Shown here: piece by piece, positions 32,765-46,540 of the stretch
Layout of the letters: the number at the start of each line of letters is the position of its first letter
How positions within the stretch are numbered: the first letter of the stretch is position 1
Assembly: GCA_001661245.1 (NCBI GenBank)
Contig: KV454011.1
Span: 1,390,724 to 1,454,723, forward strand
DNA length: 64,000 nt
Source of the DNA: Pachysolen tannophilus NRRL Y-2460
Lineage: Eukaryota
Direction: 5' to 3'
Position numbers and translations under genes: made by a program
The notes under the pieces: generated by a model
Seen by the model: the letters and a program-made list of their open reading frames with translations, nothing else
The model's database searches: none
What the model was told of the DNA's origin: nothing

Positions 32765-34234
32765 TTAATGCAAATATACACTGTCAACACAACCAAAACC
32801 AGCTGCAACACCGCCTTCATTACTAGTACTAAATTTAGATCTCAATAGCCAACCAGCATAGTTGTTTTCGAAAACTTGACCTGTTTCTTCATTGAATATA
32901 ATAGTTCCAAATATACCCAATTCACTGATTATGTCTTCTTGGTAAACTTTACCTTCTCTGATAATTCTGTTGTTATGCTTTGGAGGAGAAATTAATTCCA
33001 TCAAGATATAACCACCCCATTCTTCTTTGGATAAATTTTCCAAAAAACCAGGAATACTTTCCCTGTAAATGTTATTACCTCCACCTTCTCTTTGAGGTTT
33101 TAAAACATAGTTCAAAGGATCTTCAAATGCCAACTTCTTACCAATCGATCCTTCTTTAGAATCATCCATTGGATATATCTTAACAAAAGTATCCATTATT
33201 TTAGAAACATCTTGTTCGTCTGATAAAAAATTTCGTACAATTTTTTCAACAGTTAAAAGTTGTTGAATTTTCTTAGCACCGCTTAACTGTGTTGATAAAG
33301 AGGGACATTTTATAGCTTTTGAAATTTCCAAGTCAAGTCTTGAATCCCAACACGCTTGTGTTGGATAATCATTTGGAGAATAACCAGATCTATAATATAC
33401 AACAGAAATTTCAGCATTCGTTTCCTTGATATAAAGTTTTTTCGTTTCTTTATCAGTAAAAGTTTTTAACCCAATTTCTTCTAAAGTCAATCTAATAGAT
33501 TTGATACCATGAGTTTTAAGCAATGCATACTCTAATAGCCTTTGATCAAAACAATTTCTTTCATTTGGTTGTACTACAAACAATATTACAGTATTGGTGT
33601 CCCCTTTAATTTGTCCATTATAATAGTAATCACCTTGAGAAAGAGCTTCAGCTAATTTTTGACAAGATTCAGAAATTGATAATTCCTCATCAGCCTGATA
33701 ATATTGCCCGCCATTGTTTTGATAATCTCCAGTCGCGTTCAAATATTTGTGTAATTCACCAACTTTGGAAGATAACCCTCCAAATGAGACACTAACCGTA
33801 TTAAACTCAATTTGTTTTAAATCACCAGTACCACCATTTTTACTATCAACCATATAGTCACTTCTAAATAATCCAAGAGATAATTTCTGTACTGTACCAA
33901 TATCTAAAGCTTTAAGATAAGTTTTCCATAATTTTCCAGTAAATTCAGGATCAAAATTTGCTAAATCACTTAAAATTGTGGAAAACCAATTTTTATCCTT
34001 CACCGCATTAACATATAAAACATTGAAAAGTTTTTGAACTTCAATCGCCTTATTAAATTCTTTCTTTGGGAAAGGTGTAGGAAATAAAGTAACCGGTGCA
34101 TGAATCACAGAATGTGATTTGAAATCTGGAGGGTACATGGTCAACCCATTACCCAAAGACCAATTAAGTAAATCTTCAATCAATTTTTCATTCAGAGCAT
34201 CAGATAAAACTGGGAAATCCTTGAATTTCGACAT
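32765..34234 (-). CDS. GSH2: Glutathione synthetase
   Basis: GLFRSDYM, KQIEFNT, VLKPQREGGGNN, EGGVAAGFG. Confidence 0.98.
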   Translation of the reverse strand: MSKFKDFPVLSDALNEKLIEDLLNWSLGNGLTMYPPDFKSHSVIHAPVTLFPTPFPKKEFNKAIEVQKLFNVLYVNAVKDKNWFSTILSDLANFDPEFTGKLWKTYLKALDIGTVQKLSLGLFRSDYMVDSKNGGTGDLKQIEFNTVSVSFGGLSSKVGELHKYLNATGDYQNNGGQYYQADEELSISESCQKLAEALSQGDYYYNGQIKGDTNTVILFVVQPNERNCFDQRLLEYALLKTHGIKSIRLTLEEIGLKTFTDKETKKLYIKETNAEISVVYYRSGYSPNDYPTQACWDSRLDLEISKAIKCPSLSTQLSGAKKIQQLLTVEKIVRNFLSDEQDVSKIMDTFVKIYPMDDSKEGSIGKKLAFEDPLNYVLKPQREGGGNNIYRESIPGFLENLSKEEWGGYILMELISPPKHNNRIIREGKVYQEDIISELGIFGTIIFNEETGQVFENNYAGWLLRSKFSTSNEGGVAAGFGCVDSVYLH

Positions 34235-35010
34235 CTTTCCTTACATCAAACAAACAATTCTAAATCAATTTGTATTTGTAATTTCAAAAATCTCTTTGTT
34301 TGGCCGTTTCCATATAAATTTAGGCCGTTTTGTCTCGTATCGTCTTTTCGTCTTTTCAATTTAAATTTTTGAAAAAAGCCCGCGAAATTGAGATTCAAAC
34401 AAAGGCTTCTCTCGTTGAATTCATTGAATACAACATGAATTATAGGATAGGGTCAAGGTTCTATCTGATCTGGTCTTACTCGTTTGTCTCAGTATGTGTG
34501 CGCTCATTATGGTTGTGGTTGTGGTTGTAATTGCTCATCTTGGTGGTCGCTGTATGCTTTGATAGTTGTTTGTTCGGTGGTTGTGAAGAAAGCGATGACA
34601 CAATTAGTTCTAAAGCTTGATCTGGGAACGCGGATTGTTTTATTTCCACCAGTGGAAATGTGGGCAATTCAATTTTTCTTTTCTTAACTGTGACAACGCC
34701 GAGTACCACTTTATGGTTATCAATCTGGTGGTTTACCGTTTCAATTCTTGTCGTTGTCGTTGTCGTCGTCTTTTGTTTGTTATTTAATGGTAATTTGAAG
34801 CGAGTCGTGGTCAAAAGATTAAATATCCCGATTCGGAGCTCGGGTGGAAAAAAAAAAATTTCTGTGTTCCAGAAGAAGAAGAAGAAGAAGAAGAAGATGA
34901 TAAAAAGAAGAAAGGTTTCTAACGGGTTCTTTGACATTCGAGAGGCGAGAGATTTTATTTCTTCAAATTTATAGTATTTGATCACTTTGCTTGCTTCTTA
35001 GAGAGGTGGA

Positions 35011-36600
35011 ATGAAGAGATTTGATAATAATATTGATAATTCAGAAGATAGTAGTATTAAGAAACAAAAGACAGATATGACAGGTTCTGGAAAAGAAAAT
35101 TTTTTCGCTTCTGTTGGTGATACGGTTGAAACAATTGATCACGAAAAAGTTCAGTCTGAGAAAAAGGATAACGATGTCAGTAATGACAATGGTAGCAGTG
35201 GACTTGTTCAAACAGGTGCTGCTGATGCCGAAGGGCACCCGGTCCAGGAAATTGCGTCCTTGTGCATGAATTGCCACGAAGATGGTGTCACCCGATTGTT
35301 ATTAACTTCTATTCCATATTTTAGGGAGATTGTGTTAATGTCATTTGAATGTCCTCATTGTGGGTTTAAAAACTCAGAAATTCAATCAGCATCAGAAATT
35401 CAAGAAAAAGGTTCAAAATACCTTTTAAAAATTGAAAATAAACAAGATTTTAACAGACAATTAGTTAAATCTGAATCTGCAACTTGCAAATTTACAGAAT
35501 TAGATATTGAAATACCACCAAAGAGAGGACAATTGACAACCGTTGAAGGTTTATTAAGTGAAATGGTTGAAGATTTAAGTTCAGATCAACCAGCTAGGAA
35601 AAACTTACAACCAGAAATATATGAAAAGATTGAAGATGTTATTGGTAAAATTAAAGCTACAATTGCTTGTGATACTACTAATGGTGGTGTGCTTCCATTA
35701 ACTTTAATAGTTGATGATCCGGCAGGAAATTCGTGGATTGAGTATGTTCCAGGTGAAGCAACCCATAAGTGGTCACATTCAGAATATACAAGAACTCTGG
35801 ATCAAGATGTTTTTTTGGGTTTAATTTCTGAAGAACAAGCTGCTGAACTGCGCCAAAGAGAATTGGCTATTAAAGCTGCACAGGAAAAAATTGCTGAAAA
35901 GAGCAAAAATCCTTCATCTTCAGGATTTATATCGGATCAAACGGATATCGAAAATTTTGAAAACGAAGTTCAAACTTTCCATGCAACATGCTCTTCATGT
36001 TATGCTCCATGTGAAACTCATATGAAGGTTGTTAATATTCCACATTTCAAAGATGTCATTATTATGTCGACTACATGTGATAAATGTGGATATAAGAGTA
36101 ATGAAGTTAGAACTGGTGGAGCAATTCCTCCAAAAGGACGTAAAGTGACGCTAAAAGTCGATGACCCAGAAGATTTAGCCAGAGATATTTTGAAATCTGA
36201 AACATGTGGTTTAGTAAGTCCTGAATTAAACTTGGACTTGACTCCAGGTACCTTGGGTGGAAGATTCACTACAATAGAAGGTTTATTGCGTCAAGTTTAT
36301 GATGAATTATATGGCAGAGTTTTCACCCAAACATCAGACTCTTTGGAATCGGAAACAAAACAAAGATGGGAATCTTTCTTTGCTAAATTACAAGATGCTA
36401 TTGATGGTAAGATTAAGTTTACTATAATCATGGAAGATCCTTTAGCTGCTTCATATATCCAAAACATTTATGCTCCGGATGATGACCCAAATATGACTAT
36501 TGAAGATTTTGAAAGAACACACGAGCAAAATGAGGATTTAGGATTATTAGATATGGTCACTGAAAACTATCAGCATGATCAATCCCCAAGTACAAGTTGA
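35011..36600 (+). CDS. ZPR1: Zinc-finger protein Zpr1 (eEF1A chaperone)
   Basis: Two C4 zinc fingers (SLCMNC...FECPHCG; CSSC...CDKCG), TTVEGLL/TTIEGLL, DDPAGNS. Confidence 0.98.
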   Translation: MKRFDNNIDNSEDSSIKKQKTDMTGSGKENFFASVGDTVETIDHEKVQSEKKDNDVSNDNGSSGLVQTGAADAEGHPVQEIASLCMNCHEDGVTRLLLTSIPYFREIVLMSFECPHCGFKNSEIQSASEIQEKGSKYLLKIENKQDFNRQLVKSESATCKFTELDIEIPPKRGQLTTVEGLLSEMVEDLSSDQPARKNLQPEIYEKIEDVIGKIKATIACDTTNGGVLPLTLIVDDPAGNSWIEYVPGEATHKWSHSEYTRTLDQDVFLGLISEEQAAELRQRELAIKAAQEKIAEKSKNPSSSGFISDQTDIENFENEVQTFHATCSSCYAPCETHMKVVNIPHFKDVIIMSTTCDKCGYKSNEVRTGGAIPPKGRKVTLKVDDPEDLARDILKSETCGLVSPELNLDLTPGTLGGRFTTIEGLLRQVYDELYGRVFTQTSDSLESETKQRWESFFAKLQDAIDGKIKFTIIMEDPLAASYIQNIYAPDDDPNMTIEDFERTHEQNEDLGLLDMVTENYQHDQSPSTS

Positions 36601-36928
36601 TATCTTTTCGGGGAAAACGGATTGTTAAATTTTTTTTTTCTTTTTTTCTTGTTTTGTTTTGTCTCTTCGGTGGTAAAGTTTACGGTTTTTGTTTTAGTGA
36701 TATATAGAAAAAACATCTCTATTCAAAAAGAATTAAAACTATATGCAAATAAAAAACTTGAAAACTGTAAAAGATGCAAAGAAATAAAAAAGTCAGCTAT
36801 AAACTTCATAACAATCCCCCAATATTTATAAAACCACAACAACAAAAAAAAAAAAAGCAGAACAAAATAAACTAAATAAACAAAAACAAAAAGAAAAAAA
36901 AAAAAAGTATATATAATAATAGTAAAAT

Positions 36929-39900
36929 TTAATGGCGTGGGCTATTTATGTCTATTGATAATAACGACATTGACTCATCCTCTGCTTCATTTTGTGCTGA
37001 GTTCGAAGTACTCAAGTTATCAATAGATGTATAGATATCATTCTGTTTGAAAGTAGGAACAATAATTCCAATCCCATCACTATCTTGTTGATGATTAGAA
37101 TTGAAACTATTTCCAAATCCAGTTAAAGTTCTTGACTTCAGGTGACGATCAGGTTGATTGAACTTATTCAGTCTGAAATACAAATCCTGTTGTGTGTCAA
37201 CACCGTTGCTAATGCCTTCTTCAACGCCTTCACCAGAAAATGGGTTATTGGAAAATGTTGTATACACAGAAGGACCAACAGTACTTGAAATAATATCTGC
37301 AAAAGGATTATCTCCATTGTTGTTATTGGAAAGCTTTTTGGCTAAAGACATAGAAGTATCTGAGCTCAGAGGAAGTTTGTCTTTTATATTGTCTTCACTA
37401 TTGATATAATCAGAAATAAAGACCATCGATGGCTTATGATATATTTCCTCTCCAAAATTAATTCCAAGACCATCGAAGTCAGAAGAGGCTGCATCGACTA
37501 GTTGCGTAAACTTACCTTTTTTGAATCTCCAACGACATATGACAGCTTTCAAAGTATCATAAACTTTCTGTTTTTTCAATTCTTTATCAACTTTATCCAT
37601 TTCAACATAACGCTTCATGAAATCATCCAAGGTTAAACATTTATTTTCTTCAAACTGAGAATATAACGCTATTTTGAGAATTGTTCTTGTGAAAGAAATA
37701 CCAGGCTCTTCATACAACATCATATCAGTTAATAGCTCTTGGTATAATCTTTCAAACTTCAACCTTCTAATTTTTACCAAGTTAGTATCTATGGACAGTA
37801 ATGAACTTTCCATAGCGGCAAAATCAATGAATATATCGTAAGAAATATCAGAGCCCGTATCTTTGAACCACTGATCTTTTAATTCTCGTATACTAAACCT
37901 TCCATCATTGTATATTTTATAGGACAATACACCATTGAGAGAACCTAAAAATTTAGGTAAATCCAGAGGATCAATGTAACCTGTTCCATCTGGATCAAAA
38001 GTTAACCAGCATTCTTTAAATTTCCTGATTTCATTTCTTGTGATTAATGAGTGAGGACCCGAAGCATGGTAAACATAACTGAAACTATCAACAGTTAAAG
38101 AAACGAACATATTCAAAAAAATGAACATTGATACAATATTCCATGAAATGAACAAAACGTAAGCATAAGCTTCATTACCACAGTCACTGTCATATATGGA
38201 ATCGGAAGAAACACAGAATGGCAGTTGAACAGCAAAATCTTTCATAATGTAATTCCAGCCTTCTCCAAAACTCATTTTGAATAATAAAATTAGGGCCTTT
38301 GTTACTGTCCTCAAATTAATGTTATTTGATGTATTCGCACCAATTCTAGTTAATCCAAAGATCTGGTTCATAGCAATAGCGAAGACCAAAAATAAGATTC
38401 CCCAAGTAAAAAGAAGAGAAAGCAATGATGGCAAACTGGCAGATGCAAACCTTAATAATTGGTTTAACCTGTCTATCTTTGGAATAATGAAAAATAAAAT
38501 ACCGACTAAGAACAACTTATTGAAGTTCGCATATACTGTTTGTCTTGAAACAAAGAAGGAAATAAAAGAAGTTGAAAATGCCCCAAATATAACGAAAAAC
38601 CTGAACCAGTTCCATTTGTTTTTAAAAAACAATACGAAACCTCTTGCATACATACTGACAAATAAAGAAAGCAAAAATGCTGAGGAAGTCATTAGGTATA
38701 TGATGTATCTAGTTTCATCTAATCCCGAAATTGTTGGATAAACTTCCAATAACAATGCTAATGTATGGATTATCAACAAAAGATTGGTACCAATTCTCCA
38801 ATATATGTTTCTTTCCACAACAAGTTTGTGACAAAATAATTTCAATTTCGAATAACCATCAATATTACCTCTTTTTGAAGCCTTTATTTGTTTTAGTATT
38901 TTTTCGACCTCGTACCACGCACTCTGTTCTGATGTTAAATAAGCTCTACCAGTTGTTCTTGAGTAATTATTAATGATGACTGAGACAAATAAAGTCAAAA
39001 TAAAGACAATACTAAGGAAATTGAAAAGTACAATATATATAGCGTTGACTGGCGTTGCAAAAGTACTTGGAACAGTCCCGACTCCCGTGCTATTCATTAA
39101 ATTTTCTAGTAAATCAACCCAACCCTCCAAGGAAACAATTTCGAATAAAGTTAAAAACGATGGGAAAAAGCTGTTAAACGCTAATTGTGGGTTCACGTAA
39201 ACATTTGGGCTTACAATATCCCATTTGAATATCTCATTTGTATACTCACTGTGACATTCCGACTTGACCGAAGTACCATCTAAGCAATAACCTAGTCTTC
39301 CATTGAAAATATTGAGACCCCAAATGGCAAAAGGAAGCAATAAAGATAACGATATGGTTGAAGCACCCAATATCTTCCAAAAACCAGATATAATTGTATT
39401 TTGGAAAGTAGATTTTGCCCTAGAGCTTAAGCTTAATAATCTCAAAGCTCTTAAAGCTTTAAAACCATTAACAATTCTGGAGACATTTGTTGCATTCTTC
39501 AAAGATGCAATAACATCAATCCAAAGTGAAATCAAAACTATAGCATCAATAATATTCCAAGCTGATATTAAGTAAGCATTTGGAGTAAAAATTAAACCGT
39601 CCGCTACAACTTTTATCACAAATTCAAAGGAAAACAACAAAGTAAAACCAAGATCAAAATATATAGTCCAGTTCCAACTCTCATCAAATAAATCATGTTC
39701 TTTACGATATAATGGTGTAGTGTAACAGGCCATAATAACCATCAGAACAGTGACAAGAAACATAATGATGCTAAACAAATCACTGACTGCCTTATTGGGC
39801 TCAACCCCATCAATCCTATCACCATAGGATGAAGGTACTAGTTTTTGGCACAGTTTTCTCACTCGATGATTTGGAGGGAATAAATAAAAAACGGTATTGA

Positions 39901-42900
39901 AAGAAGGATTTTTCTGCAAATATTTCGTTTGCTCTTCGACAATTTCGTGATTTCTGTCAATAATACCTCTTACAGCTGTACCTAAATCTTCTTCAGCTTC
40001 TTGAATATCCTTGAACCGGTAATGACCAGCTTTAGAAGCGTTAGAAGAAAAAAAGGGATTCGACCTAAATATATCATAAAATACTTTGATTTTTGAAGCT
40101 GCACCACTATAATACGGCACTTTTGAAATCCATTTATTTGCAGCAATAATCTTAGGCTTTTTCAATCCTGAAGAACTCTTTTCTTTTTCATTTCCAATTT
40201 TGTTGAAGCCTTTCACTTTTCCATTCAACAATAAATACAAAATTTCCTCTTTCGTATTCTCAGCATTAGTGACATTATTATTTTTTCTCAACGTGATCCT
40301 CTCTTTAAAATCAGAAAATACACTTCTTTCAGGGTCCTTGGTCAATTCACTTTTCAAATTCTTTAAATACTGTTGAATTTGTTCATTTCTCTTATCTGTT
40401 TCCGAAATTTCTAAATTTTCAGCAATGACAGCAATGAAAATGTTTAAAATAATAAAATTCGAAAAAATGAACCACATGATTATATATGCCGCGCCAAAAA
40501 ACTTCAGCGATTTATTTTTGGCATATTGCTGGACAATATATAAAATAGATGACCAATTTTCAGTTGAAGTAACAGTATATAGCGAAATGAATACATTTGG
40601 TAATGTGTACATTCCCAACGGATTATCAGACATTTCAGATTCTGGCACTATCCCTTCAAAAAATCTTGACATGATAACACTAACTAAAAAAAGGAATATG
40701 AAGTAAAATAAGGACAAATCAAAAACTGTTCTGAAATTACCCAAAACTTTAATCCAAGTATTCTTAGTATAAGTGAAAAATAAAACGACACGGTAAAATC
40801 TTGAAATCTGGAAAGCAGTTAACCAGAAATAAGCATGACCCAACCTGCTATGTACAATAGGTATCACTATAATGCTCGTAATAACAGCCAAAAATAAGTC
40901 AAAAATATTTTTTCTGGAATAGAAAAAATTTCGCCAATGTGGAAGAAAACAGCAAAATCTTAATACTATTTCAAATAGTAAAATCAAGGTTACCGCACTT
41001 TCAAACTTGTACAAAGTCTTTATTTCGGTGCTACTTGAATTCTCATTCCTAGTACATTGCACAATTAAATCCACAACTATAATTAGTAGAAAAACCCATT
41101 CGAATTTATAGTACCATTTTAAAAATGGTAATTTCTTTTTCAAGTCATTATATAAGAATTCTTTTTTCCAATTTTTAATGCTGAACACTTTTTTTTTTTG
41201 TGACAATTTTTGTTGTTCAGAAATTTCATCTCTTGTTATCTTAAATGCAGTAACAATAACTGCAACTAATAAATTCACTAACCAAACTGTTAAGAAAAAA
41301 ACTCCAAATATGAAAAACAAGGAAGAAGCTAAAGTATCACTATCCATAGTATAATACATTATATCTGTAAAAGTATTGGCACTCATAACAACAAATACTA
41401 ATTCAAATGAATTTGCAATATTATCGAAACTCATAGTATTACCATATGGATTGGTATTAGAGACACATTTGGAATACACAGGGCATCTGTAGCCCTTGAT
41501 TTCTCCAGATGATGTACCATCTGCAAAAATGTAAGCCTTAGCTTCTGATGTAGTTGCATCAATGTAACTACCGCAAAATTGAAAATCATTAACATAATAA
41601 TCTGATGGATCATCTGGGTCATACCATACACACTGTCTTCTTAGTGAAGATTTAAATGACTGAACCCCAATAATTGCAAAAAAAATCCAAAAACTTATTA
41701 TGAAAAACGAAATATCCACCAATTCAGGTGCAGCTTTTTTCAAAGCTCTTAAGATTGTTAATGTACCATGTGTCAAATTAGTTAACCTCAAAATTCTTAA
41801 ACACATTAAAGATCTGAATAATGTGATATGATGTTTCAAATCATATTGTTTGAACGAAAGAAAGAACGAAAGCCAAAATGATAAAGTTGAAACAAAATCA
41901 ACTCTGTTCCAACTACTTCTCAAAAATGCTCTACTGACTGGAACTCCAGTTGCAGCCTCTTCTTTCAAATTATGTAAAGTCACTGAATGTACAGGCTTTT
42001 TAGGTCTTTCTTGAAAAATCTTCATATCATCGTTTAATAGGTTGAAACCTTTCTTAATATCTTTTGATAAATTTTTATCACCATCTACCATTGTTCTATT
42101 ACGTAATCTTTTGAAAGTCCATTTGAAATATTTTTCCCAAACTACATTTGGCTTATATTCCAAATTTAATTCTTCATACATTTGGGAATCATCAACTAGA
42201 CCAAAAGTTATTATTTTCATCATGACTTCAATTGTATAAAATACATTAACAAATACTAAAACCCAATCTACCCAGGTATACTTTCCATTATAGACGTAAC
42301 CTCTAGAATATGGATTCCATTGTTGATAAACTAGTACTACAGTTTGTAATAATGTGAATTGCAAAACTACTGGATCAAACCAATTTTTCAAAATTATTGA
42401 TGCACATCTTAATCTTAATCTATTTCTTGGACCAAAATATTTCAATGAGTTACCAAATAAACGAATACCTTCCAATCCTGAATATCTTCTATTTGTATTA
42501 TTTATATTTGTATTGATTTCATTAGGTTCGTTTATTGTATGACGATTTGCAGAATTAAAGGAAAATGTATCTTCTTCACTGGCTGGAGATTCTTGGCGAG
42601 AAGATGTAAAAGTCATAACAGATTCTTCTTCTAAAGGTTCATCAGTAGAGTTATAATCAAAACTTGTTGAATTTTTTTGATTTGAATTGATACCCAATAA
42701 TTGTTCATCATTATCATCTTTACCATTGAACCTCGCTGTAAATTTTTTCAAAGCAATTGAAATCTTTCTTCTTGGAGTAGTTGAAGGTAATTTCCCGTCA
42801 TCTTCATGTTCTCTTATCTTCAAGCCATGCTCTAGATCGCCTGGAAATCGAACATGATTCTCATTATCAGAATAGCCTCTAGAAAGAATAGAAGACTTTG

Positions 42901-42940
42901 CCGACACATTATTATTATTATTATTATTATTATTGTTAAT

Positions 42941-42975
<35 letters not shown>

Positions 42976-43957
42976 TGTGGTTATTTGCGGATGAAGTCGT
43001 GACCATCAAGTATTCAGGGTATGATGGCACCTTCAAATTAACCGGCGAGCGTAAATCATCTAATTTTATTCCTTCTTGTTCTGGTTCATCAATATTACTT
43101 CGTGTTTCATTTCCACTTTTCGTAGATGATATTATATCTTCTGAACCACTTCCTGTCAGAGCGCTTCGAGGAGAACTTACCGGTAACCACATACCTTCAT
43201 TCTCATTACCTCCACTTCCTAAAGCAGCGGTTAACCCTTTATCCAAAACGTCTATATCTGCATCTTCCAATAAATTTGAAGAATGGAAAGATTCAACACT
43301 CCTGTTACCAACGCTGCTATCATCATCCAGCTCATTTACGGATAATGAACCTTTTGAGTTTTTAGAACGTCTTTTCGATGGAACAGATGAACCAGACCAA
43401 CTCAAATTATCTGAAGTATTATTATTATTGTTATTATTATTACGACTACCACTGTTGCCTCCTCCTGATTTGTGAATTTTACTGAAAAACGATGAAGTTG
43501 GAGATTTTGCAGTCAAATAACTAGTATTCTCAGCAGCTGCATTTGGACTTAAAAGAAAAGGTGAATTCAACAGGCTATTGTTTTTGGCATTTGTTGTGAA
43601 ACTATTGGGTGTAGCAGCCAAGTTTGATGTGTCTATCTTCAATCCTGGTGCTTTTTTAAATTTTTTTTGACGTTCTTTTCTTTCTGATTCAGAATCCATC
43701 GTCAGCGCTGTTGGTGGTGGGGATGTTTGAACCGTTCTTTCTGAAATCGCGGACCCTGCCGATGACCCTGCCGAAGGCCCCGCCGTGGTGGTCCCTTCTG
43801 CTGCCGACGAAGATGAAGTGGGAAGGTGAACCGTTGTTGATTCATGCTCTTGTACTGAAAATGTCGGAAGATTCAGTATCTCCTTATCAAATGAACTTCT
43901 TTCACCAGTCCCGTTTCCCTTCCCCTTCCCCTTCTCATCACTACTATCACTACTCAT
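36929..43957 (-). CDS. CCH1: High-affinity calcium channel Cch1 (four-domain)
   Basis: Four 6-TM repeats with pore loops MSANTF, TSTENW, VSLEGW, SFGEGW (N-E-E-E) and an EF-hand-like FDPDGTGYI. Confidence 0.97.
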
Positions 43958-45117
43958 AATTCAGAACAATATGACTAGACGCTCATGTATGAAAATGCAA
44001 AAAACCCCCCAAAGATAAAAAAAAAAAAAAAAAAAAAAGACAAAAAAAATGAGAGATCTAATAAAAGAATGAAATGTAGTAAATAAATTTAATTTCTCTT
44101 GTTCTTTTTGGTAATCTCTAATTGCACACCAAAAAATAAAAAAAAAAAAAAAAAAGCAGTAGAATATAGTTCAAGTTAATATATATCAAAGAATTTGATC
44201 TTTGATAAAGCAATTCAGTCTAGCCAAATATCTCTTGTATTGTACAATACAAAGCAACTATTCAAAAAAAAAAAAAAAAAAAAAAAAACTACTTTGTTCT
44301 ATATTTATATATTAATATTAATTTATTTATATATATATATTTTTGTATATATATATTTTTATATATTTCATAAAATTTACGTGCATCGTTGTTTAACTCT
44401 TAATGTCGTTGCCCCAAAATAGACATTTGATATTCAATCACACGACTTCAAATTGAAAAAAAGAAATCTCAGAACCGCAGTTAGGTTTTATAAAAGCGCG
44501 CTAAATACGTACGCAATATATACAGTTTAAACCGCAATTAAAAAATTTAATCCAAAAAGAGTAAATAATAAGAAAAGTACCGCTTTAGTCAAACAATACG
44601 GAATAAAATAGCAAAACGAGCAGTTTCTTGCAGAAAGGCCACCGGCTTCGCTCCGGAATTTTCTCCAAATTTCTCCTTTTCTACCTGCACGATAATGGAA
44701 ATGTGAAAAAAAAAATTTTTCACGTATGTAATGTAATCCAATTGAAAGAGTCAATCAGTCACATATTGAATATTTCATACATATAAATTTGTACATTAAT
44801 ATATATATATGTAAAAATATATGTATACAAATACAAATATATATATATATATAGACTTATATACGTATGTGTGATCAGTATATTTATATATTATTTTTTT
44901 TTACTAGAGTGAAAAATTCATATTAGTCATTTTAAATTAATTATTTTATAATTATATATATATATATATATCATTTATTTTGGTATATTTTTTATAAAAT
45001 TTTTTTTCTCAGTTCACATTCACATTTACTCACTATCACTAGTTGTCAGTGAAAAATATTTTTTTTTTTTTCTAATTATCTCTTTGGTTTAGAATAAAAT
45101 AGTGTTGAAGATTCATA

Positions 45118-45146
45118 ATGGCTACAAGTAAGTGTTTAAAAAGAAA

Positions 45147-45177
<31 letters not shown>

Positions 45178-46540
45178 CTTTCCAGTTATGTGATGTGTTT
45201 ACTAACTTTAGGTGTTGATTATCTTAGACGGTTATAAAAAAGTCTCAGAGGAGCCACAGAGACAAATTCATCAGGTAAACCCATATGGTCCAAATCCTGC
45301 TGATTTTTTATCAAATGTTGGAAATTTTCAGTTGATTGAATCGACTTTAAGAGAAGGTGAACAATTTGCCAATTCTTTTTTTTCTACAGAGAAAAAAATT
45401 GAAATAGCTAAAGCTTTAGATGATTTTGGGGTTGATTATATTGAGTTAACTTCTCCAGTTGCTTCTGAACAATCTAGAAGTGATTGTGAGGCTATTTGTA
45501 AATTGGGACTAAAAGCCAAAATCTTGACACATATTAGATGTCATATGGATGATGCTAGAGTTGCTGTTGAAACAGGTGTTGATGGTGTTGATGTTGTTAT
45601 TGGTACTTCTCAATTTTTAAGACAATATTCTCATGGTAAAGATATGAACTATATTGCTCAATCTGCTGTAGAAGTTATTGAATTTGTTAAATCCAAAGGA
45701 ATTGAAATTAGATTTTCTTCTGAAGATTCTTTTAGATCTGATATTGTTGATTTATTGAATATTTATAAGACAGTGGACAAAATCGGAGTTAACAGGGTTG
45801 GTATTGCAGATACAGTTGGTTGTGCTAATCCAAGACAAGTTTATGAGTTGGTCAAAACTTTAAAATCTGTTGTTCATTGTGATATTGAATGTCATTTCCA
45901 TAACGATACAGGTTGTGCTATTGCCAATGCTTATACTGCTTTAGAAGCTGGTGCAAGACTTATTGATGTTTCTGTATTAGGAATTGGTGAAAGAAATGGT
46001 ATCACTCCATTAGGAGGACTTATGGCTAGAATGATTGCCGCTGATAGAGATTATGTCTTGTCAAAATATAAATTACATAAGTTAAGAGATTTGGAAAATT
46101 TGGTTGCTGAAGCAGTTCAAGTGAATATTCCATTTAACAATCCAATTACTGGTTTCTGTGCTTTTACTCATAAAGCAGGTATTCATGCAAAAGCTATATT
46201 AGCTAATCCATCAACTTATGAAATTTTAAAACCATCAGATTTTGGTCTTACAAGATATATTCATTTTGCAAACAGATTAACTGGATGGAACGCTATCAAA
46301 TCAAGAGTTGATCAATTGAATTTGAATTTAACAGATGAACAATGTAAAGAAGTTACCACCAAAATTAAAAAAATGGGAGATATTAGACCTTTGAATATTG
46401 ATGATGTTGATTCCATCATCAAAGATTATCATACTGATATCTCAACACCTAAATTGAGAGCTAACAATACTACTACAGAAGTAGAAGTTGATGAATTAAA
46501 TGAAGTTTCTGAAGCTAAAAGACAAAAAACAGAGGCTTGA
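45118..46540 (+). CDS. LYS21: Homocitrate synthase; exon1 45118-45127, intron 45128-45227
   Basis: [42 protein letters not shown]...TACTAAC...TAG|AC GGT is in frame. Confidence 0.96.

Noticed and set aside
34476..34985. 169-aa minus-strand and 104-aa plus-strand ORFs between GSH2 and ZPR1
   Set aside because: Built partly from microsatellites, no suitable ATG start, no family resemblance; RNA structure explains the composition better.
37158..43959. Many antisense ORFs within CCH1 (also in VAM6, the Hap4-like gene, REV3 and APC5)
   Set aside because: Shadow frames of long coding genes.
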